Notes: a model not told the origin generated them from the letters alone. A DNA stretch of 64,000 nucleotides from Streptomyces virus Karimac (IMGVR_UViG_2974575442_000001), one strand, 5' to 3'; shown: positions 47,529-59,311, numbered from the stretch's first letter. Translations and numbers: made by a program.

Positions 47529-47927
47529 ATGTGGGAGTACGATCTCTTTAGCAGAGGTTGGGACTTTGGTTGGAATCGGATGGTTAAGACATACGGCACC
47601 ACTTACCACATTCAGAAGATGATTAAGCTGTCAAAGACCTGCACTCCGAATCTCACGGAAGATCAGGTTGACAACGTAATTCGTCATGAAATTGCACACG
47701 CTCTGGTTGGGCCGGGGCATGGTCACAATGCTATTTGGCGAGCCAAGGCAATTGAGATTGGTTGCACGGGTAACACCTGTGAAAACTACACTCCTGCTAC
47801 GCCTAAGTGGAAGGCTGTTTGTCCTGTTGGACATACTGCTGGAACACGGTATCGTCGCCCGGCGCGAGGAAGGGTCCTTGTTTGCGCCACCCATAACAAG
47901 CGAGTAGATTGGATTGCAAATGCCTAG
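47529..47927 (+). CDS. SprT-like zinc metalloprotease
   Basis: HExxH motif HEIAHALVGPGHGH plus downstream Cys cluster. Confidence 0.5.
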   Translation: MWEYDLFSRGWDFGWNRMVKTYGTTYHIQKMIKLSKTCTPNLTEDQVDNVIRHEIAHALVGPGHGHNAIWRAKAIEIGCTGNTCENYTPATPKWKAVCPVGHTAGTRYRRPARGRVLVCATHNKRVDWIANA

Positions 47928-48592
47928 TCTTATTGACATTACGGCAGCCAGCATTGCTTTGATTCATCCTGGTGCACCATACGAGTGGATCGAGAAGGCA
48001 GCCAAGGAAATGATTTGGTTCTCTTCTCAGAATCCGAATCCGTCCATTGAGCAGATGGATGCCCTGAATGAGCGCATCAACAAGATGTGCACCACTGGGG
48101 AATGGTGACATGGACAGAAATGAAGTAAAGGTCGCTCTGATTATTGCATCAGTGTTCATTGCGCTGTTTGCATCAATCGCTGTCAGCGTCAACTACAATG
48201 ACTACCTAAAGAATCAGACTGCTCAGAAGTGTATTGCTTCTGGCAAGATCTGGGGCGAGGGAGCCTGTGTTGACAACGTGAGCGATCTCAAGTATATTGA
48301 TAATGACTGAACGACACAACGTTAGGAATAACATGCACTCTTCACGTCATCCTCTGGCCGGTCAGACCGTGACTGTTAAGTCTGGTCCGTACGCTGGTCA
48401 GGAGTACCGAATCGAAGACTGGCTGGATCGAGTTTTCGGAATGTCCTGGATGGATGCCGCTGGCAATCCGACTGCGCTTAAGTACGCAATGTCAGGGCAG
48501 CCAATGAACGATGAGGTTCTTTACGGCAAGGTCGGCGCTTTTGGCGAAGCCATTAACGTCACTTATCTCTGATCAAAGGCCGTAAGGCCGAT

Positions 48593-48666
48593 GGCCCTGT
48601 AGCAGAATGGCATATGCGGCGGTCTCAAACACCGCGTCAATGTGGGTTCGAGTCCCATCAGGGCTA
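48593..48666 (+). tRNA. class-I tRNA with Leu anticodon CAA (short variable arm, A73)
   Basis: Acceptor ggccctg/cagggct, perfect anticodon stem gcggt/accgc with loop ctCAAac, 6-nt variable, T-arm gtgggttcgagtcccat. Confidence 0.55.
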
Positions 48667-48901
48667 CATGGATTATACAATTGGTAAGGCACCAGAGGGC
48701 TATGAATGGTCCCTTGAATCTGCGGACGGAGATCCGCTGTTCATGAATCGTAAAGGCAAGACTTGGGGAATCCTTGTAACAAAGGACGGCAAGTTTGTCG
48801 AAAGGCGAGGAGTCTTTGTTCCAGCCGACAAGGAAGGCGATACGCAATTCTTTATCAAGGCAATGGAAGAAAGTCTTCGTCAGTCTCTTAAGTGAGACAT
48901 T

Positions 48902-48992
48902 GGAAGTGTGGCTGAGTCCGGTTTAAGGCGCATCACTGCTAATGATGTGAGTGAATTAAGTAGCTCCGCAGGTTCGAATCCTGTCACTTCCG
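48902..48992 (+). tRNA. tRNA-Ser (anticodon GCT), class II
   Basis: Perfect acceptor ggaagtg/cacttcc, anticodon stem catca/tgatg with loop ctGCTaa, long variable arm, T-arm gcaggttcgaatcctgt. Confidence 0.75.
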
Positions 48993-48997
48993 CTTAC

Positions 48998-49026
48998 AGA
49001 GGGAGGACTTTGTCTTCCCTCTTTTT
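48998..49026 (+). terminator. rho-independent terminator
   Basis: 10-bp stem agagggagga/tcttccctct, loop ctttg, then TTTT. Confidence 0.7.
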
Positions 49027-51077
49027 GTTGCCACAAGCGAACCGATCTGCTAAGATCTTAGTAGGAGGCAAGATGTTTTACATTAACTGCTCTCGATGTG
49101 GTGCCCACTACAGCGATGATGACTACATGGAAAATGGAGTTTGTGGGCCATGCATCCTTGTAGAAATTACCGAGGAGTTGGGACTATATGAGTCAAAGAA
49201 CGAAGTGGATTAAGCCAGGTTCAAGAGTTATGGATCGGGCTTACATGTATGACAAGAGTGGCAATGTCCACACTGGTGAAGCCCTATTGCTAGCGCTACT
49301 CCTGCATGCCAAAGGAAAGACAAAGCGCGGCGAGAAGGAGCTTCTAGAAGTAAGCAAGATTATGAAGGACCCGAATCTACCAAAGGATAAGAAGTGATTC
49401 AGAGTAAGCTTCCTGAACTTGTTACTCGCTACGAGTGGCACTACATTGACATGGAAGAGTTTATCCAGGAGCTTTGGGGTCAAAAGTGGGAAGGCGGTGC
49501 TGCAATGGGTTTTCCTGCGCAGGACACCTACCACGACTTTGAAGTGACCGGTGGATATATTGGCGAAGGTATTGATTCAGAGGGTAATACTCTCACCACC
49601 CGATGGATGGATGAAGAGTATACCTACGATCAGGCCAAGGAGCTGATCGAAAAGTTCAAGGTTGACGGCATGCCTCGCGAGGAGTATGCTAATCCTGGAG
49701 CTGAACTTCTGCTCAACTGGCTGGCATTCGAAGGCCACATTCCCACTGGAAACTACCGTATTATCGTTTGGTGGTGACAATGTTTAACCCGAAGCGTGAA
49801 GTGTACTACACCATTGATGCATTCGATCTGAACGAACTGGTCGAAGGTGAATTTGGTTTCGCATGGGATTTCGTAGCTGCGGAAGAGTGCAGCAATGACA
49901 GTGCTCATGTCATTCATCCTGACCTTGATGGTCTTGCTGAGGACGATGAGATTCAGTATGTCCCCGCTCGAAACATCGTTGGTGAACTTGTCAAGCGAGA
50001 GATTCTTCCTTCTGGCAAGTATCTGATCGAGGTGTGCTGGTAATGGGATGGGCCGGTGGAACGCAGTTCTTTGACGGTCCTCTAGATCTCATGCTAGAGT
50101 ATGTACCAGAAGACAAGCGCAAGGAAGTCATTGAGAAGCTGTATCGAACCATCCGCGATGGTGACTGGGATACAGTAGATGAGTCCGCTTACTTCAACTT
50201 GCTTGTCAAGTATGACATTGACGGGTATGGTGAGTTGAAGAACGATCCTGACTACCTTGAGGAATTGAGTGAGGACGAGGCAGCGGAACTTAGGTAAGTG
50301 CAAGTGTGGTCGGAATAAGCTGACCGGCCACCTTCGTACCTATAATGGTTACGATAAGAATCTCTGCCCGCAGTGCAATGCAGAAAGAATCATTTATGAA
50401 ATCACGGGTCGGTCTACTGCTGACCATCTTGATAGCAGTTGGAGCGCTGGGGAATCTGGCGCTGATGATAGCACTGAATGAAGCAGAGCATGAGTTCGTT
50501 AAGGAAGTAAATGAGATACAGTGATCTCCGGGTGGATATGGCGATAAAGCATCGTGCCACCGGACGCACAGCAATTGTTGCTAAGGTCGAGAAGGGTAAG
50601 TTCCAGATCGTAGATAGCAACGGACATCCTGAAACACTAGACCGGTATTACGCCGGGGAATGGGAAAAGAGATAATGGGTTTTTGGTCCGCAGTTAAGGA
50701 CATTAAGACCATTGTGGCTCTAGAAGAGGCTGCAAAGCGTAGCGATAGCGCTGCTCGATACCTACGGAATGTTCAGGAATGGGATTGCTTCGAAGATCTC
50801 GTTCTGGAGTGGAAGCGATACTTCGAGATCGCCGCTCGTAAGGCAAAGGTCAAGCCCGAAGATCTTAAGTTTGGTGGTAAGATCTTCGATGAGGCGATGA
50901 ACCTTACGGGCAAGACTCCGCCTGCAAAGCGAAGCGGCGGCAATGCTACTGCTCGTGCAAAGAAGCTTTGTGATAGATATGGCCGTGGTGACGGTCCTTC
51001 TTTCGGTGCTGCAATGGCCGAAGGTCTGCACCTTGCTCAGGGTGGACGAAGCAACTACAGGGTCTGAAAGGTAACAA

Positions 51078-51446
51078 ATGGCTAACAGTGAATCGACCGG
51101 TCTTTCTAAGAAGGATCGGTCATTCCTGTCTCTGGCAATGGAACTCAGTTCTAACAGTAACATGAAGCAGAAGCACGGCGCTGTCATTGTTAGGTCTGGC
51201 AGGGTTCTGTCCCGAGGCTGGAATACATTGAAGAACGATCCTAGCAATGTGAGCGACGAGCACATTGAGCGCTTCTGCTCTGTGCATGCCGAAGCAATGG
51301 CCATTGCCCGGTGCAAGAAGGCCGCTGGAGCAATTATTTATATCGCTCGCAACAAGGAAGGCCAGCCGGTTTTCTCAAAGCCGTGTGACGCCTGTGACAA
51401 GGCGATCAAGCTTGCTGGTATTAAGCGTGTTGTGTACACATGTTGA
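51078..51446 (+). CDS. CDA-fold zinc-dependent deaminase (dCMP/cytidine or TadA-like)
   Basis: HAE...PCxxC zinc motifs (CSVHAEAMAI; PCDACDKAIK). Confidence 0.5.
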   Translation: MANSESTGLSKKDRSFLSLAMELSSNSNMKQKHGAVIVRSGRVLSRGWNTLKNDPSNVSDEHIERFCSVHAEAMAIARCKKAAGAIIYIARNKEGQPVFSKPCDACDKAIKLAGIKRVVYTC

Positions 51447-51500
51447 CGAAGTGATCAGCCCTGTGTTAATGTTGTACTAACAACGAACGAAAGGAACGAC

Positions 51501-52271
51501 ATGGCAAAGATCATGATCGCTGGTGACTGGCATGGCGACACACTTCATGCTCGTAAGACTGTCCGACGTGCGGATGCCATGAACGTCCGTAAGATCATGC
51601 AGGTAGGTGACTTCGGTTACTGGGAGCATGAGGCAGATGGATTCAACTACCTTGACGCTCTGAATGAGGAGTGCCGTAAGTACGGCATCAAGGTGTATTT
51701 CGTCGCTGGTAACCACGAGAATTGGGATCGGCTCGACTGGCTTGAGAAGAACAATCCCAAGACTTACAATGGTTTGACAATCATCCGTAGTCACATTCGT
51801 TATACCGGTCGTGTTAACCGGTGGCGATTTGATGACAGGTGGTTCCAGGCTGTTGGTGGTGCCGTTTCAATTGACAAGAATCGGCGTAAGCTTGGAAAGA
51901 CTTGGTGGGCTCAGGAGGCTGTTCCTGAGCGAGTGGTTAAGAATCTTGAGATTCACGGGAAGCAGTCTGATATTCTCCTGACTCATGACTCTCCCACTCA
52001 TGCACCATTCGGTTTCCGGTTGAAGGACGATCCTGACTCAACGGCTCACCGTCAGCTTATGGACAGGGTTGGTCGAGTGGTCCGACCTACATTGTGGTTT
52101 CATGGGCACTATCACACGTGGATGGAGAATTATCCATTCGCTCATCAGCTTGGAGAGGCTGGCGTTTACGGCCTTGAGATGAACGGGATGTTCTACAACT
52201 ACTGTGTTCTTGACACCGACACAATGGCAGTTCAGACTGCAACTGGAAAGGTCAACGAGCTACCGTCTTGA
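51501..52271 (+). CDS. calcineurin-like metallophosphoesterase
   Basis: Motifs GDWHGD, GDFGYW, GNHEN, THDSP, GHYH. Confidence 0.6.
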   Translation: MAKIMIAGDWHGDTLHARKTVRRADAMNVRKIMQVGDFGYWEHEADGFNYLDALNEECRKYGIKVYFVAGNHENWDRLDWLEKNNPKTYNGLTIIRSHIRYTGRVNRWRFDDRWFQAVGGAVSIDKNRRKLGKTWWAQEAVPERVVKNLEIHGKQSDILLTHDSPTHAPFGFRLKDDPDSTAHRQLMDRVGRVVRPTLWFHGHYHTWMENYPFAHQLGEAGVYGLEMNGMFYNYCVLDTDTMAVQTATGKVNELPS

Positions 52272-52956
52272 TCCGCCTTATAAACAAGTCTGTGCTATTC
52301 TTTTAGAGAATTCTTCAAGAATGCGCAGACTTGAAGACAAGGAGGTGAAAGTAAAAGATGGCAGATAACAAGGATTACCAGTACAAGTCTTCACAGGACG
52401 TAGTTGCACCACATCTTGACCCACTAGCGGACGAGGATGCAAAGCGTGCTGAGGAAGCCGGTGTAAAGGACTCCGCATACGTTGACTACGAAGAGGCTCT
52501 AAAGAACTACGAATCCCGTCCAGACGTTGAGACCCTAGCGGCTCGTCGTGCTCGTGAGGGTGGTTGGAAGTTTGAAGATGCTGCATTCCGTCGTTCCGCA
52601 AAGGACGACGAACTAACCGGTGGTGGTGTTGTAACCACTGATCAGGCAACTGATAAGAAGGCAGAGCAGAAGTCAGACTCTACCTCTACCGCTCGTAAGT
52701 CAAGCAAGTAATCAGACTTTGTAGTACAATTGAACAGGAGGGAATGTTTCCTTCCTGTTCTTTTGTATCTCACAAACAAATAAGCACTAACTAAGGAAAA
52801 ACATGTCTGTTGTTCTGGATTACAATTCAGCCGATAAGTTCGTCACTGAGCAGCGCAAGCTGAGCAATGATGTTCGATGGGAAGGCTGGACACTAGTATT
52901 CTTCCGCAAGAGTCGTAAGAATCTCGGTTGGAACAAGCGCGAGGGCGCTTACCGTA

Positions 52957-53337
52957 ATGGCAACTGGGGCTTTGAGACTCGCATTGCGGTGGACAATGAT
53001 GGGAAGTGGAGGGTACCTTCTCGCAATGTCCGGAATTCTTGAACAGAGGGGCATAAGTCCGGATGAAGTACAGTGGGAAGACTTGGCTCTATGTCGTGGT
53101 CTTCCCACTTCCTTCTTCTTCGAGACTTACGAAGAGGATAAAATCTCTGCCCGATACGTAGATGAAATGTGCCTTCGCTGTCCAGTCATGAAGCAATGTG
53201 CAATGGCAGCCAAGGAGAACTCAGGCTTCGGAGTTTGGGGCGGCGTTTATTGGAACGCTGCCAGAGTAGACAAGTATCGTAATGCTCATAAGACTCCGGA
53301 AACATGGGAGAGGATCAAAGAGAGGTTGAGCGAGTGA
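52957..53337 (+). CDS. WhiB-like (Wbl) Fe-S transcription regulator
   Basis: Four Cys (C..C..CRCPVMKQC) and G[VI]WGG signature (GVWGGV); start likely downstream of 52957. Confidence 0.5.
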   Translation: MATGALRLALRWTMMGSGGYLLAMSGILEQRGISPDEVQWEDLALCRGLPTSFFFETYEEDKISARYVDEMCLRCPVMKQCAMAAKENSGFGVWGGVYWNAARVDKYRNAHKTPETWERIKERLSE

Positions 53338-54015
53338 GCGTGGAGAATGCCTTTGCGCTCATGGCCGTAGACAACGCCAGGAAGGCGTTCAGGGAATTCA
53401 GGTTTGAGTCTGGCACAGGATTTACATGTGACCTTGTTCAATACCCTGCAACGCAGCATGACGTTCCTAACTTCGCTCTGAGAGCCTACAGCAGTACCTT
53501 TGATCATCTTTCTGAACACAACAGGATGTTGATCACCGAGCAGATCAGCGACCTGATTAAAAAGATCCGTTCTCTTGGTGTAAACTGTATTTTGGAGGTT
53601 CATGATGCACCGGGAAAGCCAAGTGGTTCTGGTAGTCAGTGAAGGTGTTTACGGAATAATCACCGAAGTGCATAGCTATATGTGCAAGGTGCAGTATTCT
53701 GTGGATGGAATTGAGTTCCATGAATATTTTGAGAACGATGACCTTGAGGTCATTGGAGAGATTGGATATGAAGAGGAGTGAGCGAACTGGTTTGTCAGAT
53801 CTGTGACAAGCAGAGAAATTCACTGGTGAATTACAAGTCACGGCTGAATCCAGATATGGATTTCGTGGTTTGCTCCGAATGCGCGGCAAACGAACGAGAG
53901 CCTAGATGGCTTATAATTCTGATGGCTCGTTCAGGCACCGACGTAAGCAGATGGCGTGATAATAGGCTTTACGTCGGCGGAGACATCACCGAAGAACATT
54001 TGAATTAAGCCATCA

Positions 54016-54071
54016 GGCCGGGTATACTAGCCAAGACTAGGGAACTAAGGGGTTCGAATCCCTACCGGCCA
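54016..54071 (+). tRNA. truncated 56-nt tRNA-like element (acceptor, one hairpin, T arm)
   Basis: Acceptor ggccgg/ccggcc, hairpin ctag-ccaaga-ctag, T-arm agggg-ttcgaat-ccct. Confidence 0.3.
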
Positions 54072-55995
54072 CAATGAATCCCCTCGACAGGAGGAGAATG
54101 CATTTCGATAATGAGGTAGCAGTATCTATATATATCGAAGATCTGACCAGAGACATCTGGAGGGTCATTCGATTGGTCCTTGCACATGAGGCCACACAGG
54201 AAGACATCAGAGGCGCTGAGGAAAATGCGAAATACCTACGCCTCTACTTGTCCAGCTATGATTCCAGAAGATACAGTTACCTTCCCGATAGCACGGTATG
54301 GCTTGCCAATGAAGTGGCCGATGCCGTTGATGATTTGATTGATTGACTTTTAACTCATCAATGATTACAATTTGCATATGTCCAAGATATCAGCAGTTCT
54401 AGTTAAAGCTTACGCTCATCCCCTCGTGATCATCGAGGTGATTATTGCTGTTGGTCTTTTGGTCTCCGGATTGTATACGATGAGTTGGTTGTATCAGCCT
54501 AGTTCCACAACACCTTTGGGGCAGGCAATTGATTCAACCTACGTGAGAATGATTATTGGCGCTTTTTATGCATCCTCTTCTGTGGCTATTATGGCCGGTG
54601 CGAAGAGGGGAAATGTATCAATAGAGTCAACTGGTCTATTCATGGCTTCACTGAGCTACGCCTTTATGACCTTGCTCAGATGGCTTACAATTGGTTTCGT
54701 ACCTTTGACTTGGGTATTCAGCCTGACTCTTATGCTCATCGTGGCATTCCTATACTTTAGGATAAGGTTGCTGAGATGATGCCCGAGATGACTACGGCTT
54801 GGATTGCCCTATTGGGAACAGTGCTGGGTGGGGTTGGACTAAAGTTTGTCGAACACTGGCTCAGCCGTAGCAAGGTTCGGGACGATACTGCCGCTCAGCT
54901 CAGAAACGAATTGAGAACTGAAATTCAAGGGCTCAAGCAAGAGCTGAACAATGTTGAAGCCGACCTAGACAAGTGGCGCGGAAAGTATTACGAATTGATG
55001 GACAACTTCATCAAGGTAAAGAGTGAACTAGAAGCGGCCATGAGGCAGCTACAAAACAATCAACCCCCTGGCCCATAAGCTAGGGGCGTTGTGCTAAGTA
55101 AGGAGCAATATGCAAACAGTTGCGGAACGTCCGCTGAATAAGACAGAAGATCGTTGTGACAAGTGCAGCGCTCAGGCATTTGTAATTGCAGAGAAGGAAG
55201 ATCTAGTTCTTCTGTTCTGCGGGCATCATGGCAAGCAGTACAAGCAATCACTTGAAGTAAAGGGATGGAGTCTACTAGACTTCACAGACGAGATCGGATG
55301 ATCAATGGGTTACATCGAAGTATGGGTAGATGAAGAGGAATTCGAAGACGGCTTCCTTGACGCACTACGTGACGGCGAGTATGATGAACATGTAAGGCAA
55401 AGGGCGGAGGCGATTGGTCTCGACTTCTCCATTGCTCAGAAGTTTCACGAGTTGCTGCATCCGCAGGGCACGTTGACAATCGAGCGGTGCAGAGAGTATC
55501 CTTGTAACGAAGCCACTTGATTGGAGCACCATGAATCTTGAAGTAGGAACGCTTGTCGTTCTCACGAATGACCCCGACGCTGGATCTGGCTGGGAAGGAA
55601 TTACCTGTGAGGTTGTTGAGCCCGATGAATTCAGAAATGGATACGTGTGGGTCAAGCCTCTGAGTGATCGGCCTGACGGGTTCAAGCAGTCCGCCTTCTT
55701 CTGGAAGCGTGCTCGAATGCGGCTTAGTGAGACAGCAAACCCTGAGAATGTTGAAGAATCAATGCCTGTCGGTACGAGGGTTATGATTGTCAACTCTTAC
55801 GAGGAGCTGCACAAGAATCCTTATCTTGAGAAGTGGCAGGGTCTTACTGGAAAGACAACTGGTAAGCCTTTCCGTGGCAAGGTTCGGATCAAGCTTGATG
55901 GGCCTCGGCCTGATGGAATCAGTATTGATTCCAATGATTTCTTCTGGAGCCTTGAAGGTCTTATGACTGATTGATCCAGTGCCCTTCGGGGCTAT

Positions 55996-56075
55996 TCCCC
56001 AGTTGCTCTGTTTGGCAGGGGCCGCCTGACTTTGAATCAGGATTAGCGACGTAGGTTCGAATCCTACCTGGGGAG
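55996..56075 (+). tRNA. tRNA-Gln (anticodon TTG), slightly expanded
   Basis: Perfect acceptor tccccag/ctgggga, anticodon stem cctga/tcagg with loop ctTTGaa, T-arm gtaggttcgaatcctac. Confidence 0.55.
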
Positions 56076-57715
56076 CTTTCTATTTGGAGGGCTAATGAAA
56101 TTCGATAGATATCGATTCTCATGGGGAACTGAGGGTGAAATCACCATTCAGATCTTTGCTGGTAAAACACTGTTAAGCTCATTCACAATTGATGACACTG
56201 ATTCTGATAAGTTCATCAAAGACCTGGCGAAAGCTCGTCAGGAAGCCAAGAGAGCAAAGAGGAAGCGATGACAGCACAGTTCAGCTTCAATGATCCAAAG
56301 GGCAAGCCAGTCAACAAAGTTGACTTCGTAAAGGTGAAGGGCGCTCCACGAGCGCTAAAGAAGTGGAACAACGTCGTCTGTATGGTGATGAGTATTCCTC
56401 TTCCTGACGGCACAGTTCTTCTTTCTATTGAGAAGAATCGCCCGAAGGATTATGACCAGCGCATTGTCTACATTCCAACTCGTTACCTGCACCTTGAGCA
56501 GAAGAGGACTTGATTTGAAAGACATGGCTGGCAACACACTCTATGGTAACAGCATAGTAGAGTTGTACCACGATGGGCCGTGGAACGGCTTTCGAGCGAA
56601 AGTATCAAGTAGACGTGGGGAAAACCTCGTCTGGCTTTCTCCATTGAGCCCTAGGCCCGATGGAAACGGCATGAACAAGTTCGTCTGGCCACTGGACAGC
56701 TTGACGGTGGTCAGCTAATCAACTACTATGGAAGTAGTTGAAAGGAAGAAATGGACGAATACAGACTTACTGTGGAAGGGGCAGTTCTAGACTCAGACAA
56801 GGCAGCAATCGCTAGTCTTAATAAGGGTTTCGGACTGCTTCTTTCCATTTTGACAGAGCAGATCGAAGATCCTGATCACTACACTCAGCAAGCATTCATT
56901 GTGTCAGCTCAGCTTCATGACGCTGTTGCTATGTATCTTGAGAGACATGGTGAATGGTGACTGAGCTGAGTCAAGAGCTTAAGAAGCTTTTCGATGAAAA
57001 GCAATATCGCTGGAGAGTGAACGGAAGGCTTAAGAAGCCAACACTCCGTGACCTTGAAGACGCTCTTGAGAAGATCAAAGATAAACTCAAGGATGAGCCG
57101 GTGGGCACATGGGTTTATGTTGGTCGCCTCATTGTCGTAAAGGATGCGGAGGGCAAGCTAGACGTTTATGTGCATCACGGAACAATTGAAGAAGAAGATG
57201 CGGGTTCTGATCAACAGACTCCGTAAGGCCATTTACGAAGGAATCAAATGAACCAGTACGAATTCCCATACACCAGCCACTTTACTGCAAACAGCAGCGT
57301 AATTGAGGGCGTATACTACAATGAGAGCGAGCAGAAGCTTGCCGTTCTTTTCAACCGTGGTGATGTCCAGGTCTACAGCGGAGTGGCAAAGGATGAATTT
57401 GACCGTCTTCACTCTGCTCTGAGTGTCGGGGTTTACTACAATCGATACATCAAGGGCCAGTACAACTCACAGGGTTGGGGCGACAGGGTTAAGTTCTACA
57501 AGCTGCAAGAGAAGAAGCCGCTTGAGATGCATCCTGAGTTCAACACTGTTGAAGAGAAGTCCGGCGATGTGAATGTGACTGTTAACATTTATGTCAATGG
57601 CAATCCGGAGGACATTGCTAAGGCCGTTGAGCGTCTTGCTCCGTCATTCCGAGCAATGAGGCGATGATGTAGTATTCTGCTCTCTCATTAATGAAAGTAG
57701 TGTATAATAGACTAC

Positions 57716-58150
57716 ATGAGAGAGCAGAAGTGCATTGTTGAAGAATGCGAGACGACAGGCAAACTCACACGAAAGATGTGTGGGAAGCATTACGCCCGGT
57801 GGCTTAGAAATGGCAAGACAGATGCAATGCCTAGAGTCGGGCGAAAGACCTGGAGCTATATTAATGATGATGGATATGTTTGCATAACACTTCCTGATGG
57901 AAGAAGAATGCGTGAACACAGATACATCATGGAGCAGCATCTAGGCCGAAGACTTCTAGACTCAGAAACCGTTCATCATAAAAATGGAGACAGAGCGGAC
58001 AACAGGCTTGAGAATCTTGAGCTGTGGAGTTCTTCTCAGCCTCCAGGACAAAGAATTTATGATAAGGTCTCTTGGGCTCTAGAACTAATTAAACAATATC
58101 CAGAGGTGGCAAGAGAGATTGAGCGCGAGAGAAATCAAGAGTCTGGATGA
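57716..58150 (+). CDS. HNH homing-type endonuclease
   Basis: HHKNGDRADNRLENLEL HNH motif plus N-terminal zinc ribbon. Confidence 0.6.
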   Translation: MREQKCIVEECETTGKLTRKMCGKHYARWLRNGKTDAMPRVGRKTWSYINDDGYVCITLPDGRRMREHRYIMEQHLGRRLLDSETVHHKNGDRADNRLENLELWSSSQPPGQRIYDKVSWALELIKQYPEVAREIERERNQESG

Positions 58151-58433
58151 ACTAGACTCTGTGCTTGCCAGTAGCAAGAGGGTCCTTGTTGATTTCCATG
58201 CTATTGGATGGTGTGTTCCTTGCCGACGACTAGCACCACACATTGATTCATTGATCAATAAGGTCGAAGATGTTGTCTTTGTAAAAGTTGACATCGATGA
58301 AGTTGATGGTGCCAAGGATCGGTTCGAGATCATGTCAGTACCAACTCTCCATTTGTTTGAAGATGGAGAGTTTTCAAAGAATGTTATTGGTCGGACATCC
58401 GTTCAGATCAAAACGGAACTGGCCGCTGAGTAA
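58119..58433 (+). CDS. thioredoxin
   Basis: Active site GWCVPCR (WCxxC) and thioredoxin-like length. Confidence 0.55.
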   Translation: MSAREIKSLDELDSVLASSKRVLVDFHAIGWCVPCRRLAPHIDSLINKVEDVVFVKVDIDEVDGAKDRFEIMSVPTLHLFEDGEFSKNVIGRTSVQIKTELAAE

Positions 58434-58822
58434 TCAGCGGCCTTTGCCGTACCTTGACAGATAATCTCCACGGGAGTATCGTTTAACCATGAACGTTTAC
58501 ATAGCACAGACTATTGGTTTGATTCTTGGTGTTGTCGGAGTGATCATAGGTCACTACTCATATGAGTTGACAAACCACATATTCGATCGAAGGGGATGAT
58601 CACATGACTTGTGCTGCGTGTGGTGGGGAATGCGACGAAACTATCTGTTTCGAAACGTTTGGCGACAAGATGAAGAGGCTTTTCTTCTGTAGCATCGCTC
58701 ATCGGGCCGCCTGGTTCTTCGGGACGATGGTATGATTAGGCTTTTAATTATAGGAGGGGTCGTAGTATGGCTCCTTCTTATTCTTTTTATTTGTAGGTGG
58801 TTCTACGTGATCAGCGAGAGGC

Positions 58823-59311
58823 GTGAAGGTGAGAGTAAGTCCGATCGTGAAGTTCGTTGGTGAGGATTACTACCTTTCCAACTTCTATTCAGCTCCAGTA
58901 AAACTGGGCAATCTTACATTCAAGACTAATGAAGCTGCCTTTCAGGCTTCAAAGTATCGGGCAATGACAGGAACGCAGCAAGAGCAGTACGCATACATTG
59001 CCGCTATTCTTGCCTGCGAGAAGCCTGGTGAGACTAAGAGTCTTGGTAAGAAGGTAGATATCGACCTTGACAAGTGGGAGCAAATCAAGGTACGTTGTAT
59101 GAGAGACATCGTACGAGCAAAGTTTGATCAGAATGTAGATCTAAAGGTCAAGCTCATGTCAACAGGTGCAGCTCTGCTTGTTGAAGGTAATGACTGGGGA
59201 GATACATTCTGGGGCCGGTGCGATGGTAAGGGTGGTAATGTCCTTGGCTCTATACTAATGGAACTAAGAGGCTTCTACTACTGGTCAGATATGGATTCAA
59301 TTGGCTTCTGA
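58823..59311 (+). CDS. NADAR-family protein (YbiA/DUF1768-like)
   Basis: N-terminal FVGEDYYLSNFYSAPV...FKTNEAAFQASKY matches the NADAR signature. Confidence 0.6.
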   Translation: MKVRVSPIVKFVGEDYYLSNFYSAPVKLGNLTFKTNEAAFQASKYRAMTGTQQEQYAYIAAILACEKPGETKSLGKKVDIDLDKWEQIKVRCMRDIVRAKFDQNVDLKVKLMSTGAALLVEGNDWGDTFWGRCDGKGGNVLGSILMELRGFYYWSDMDSIGF

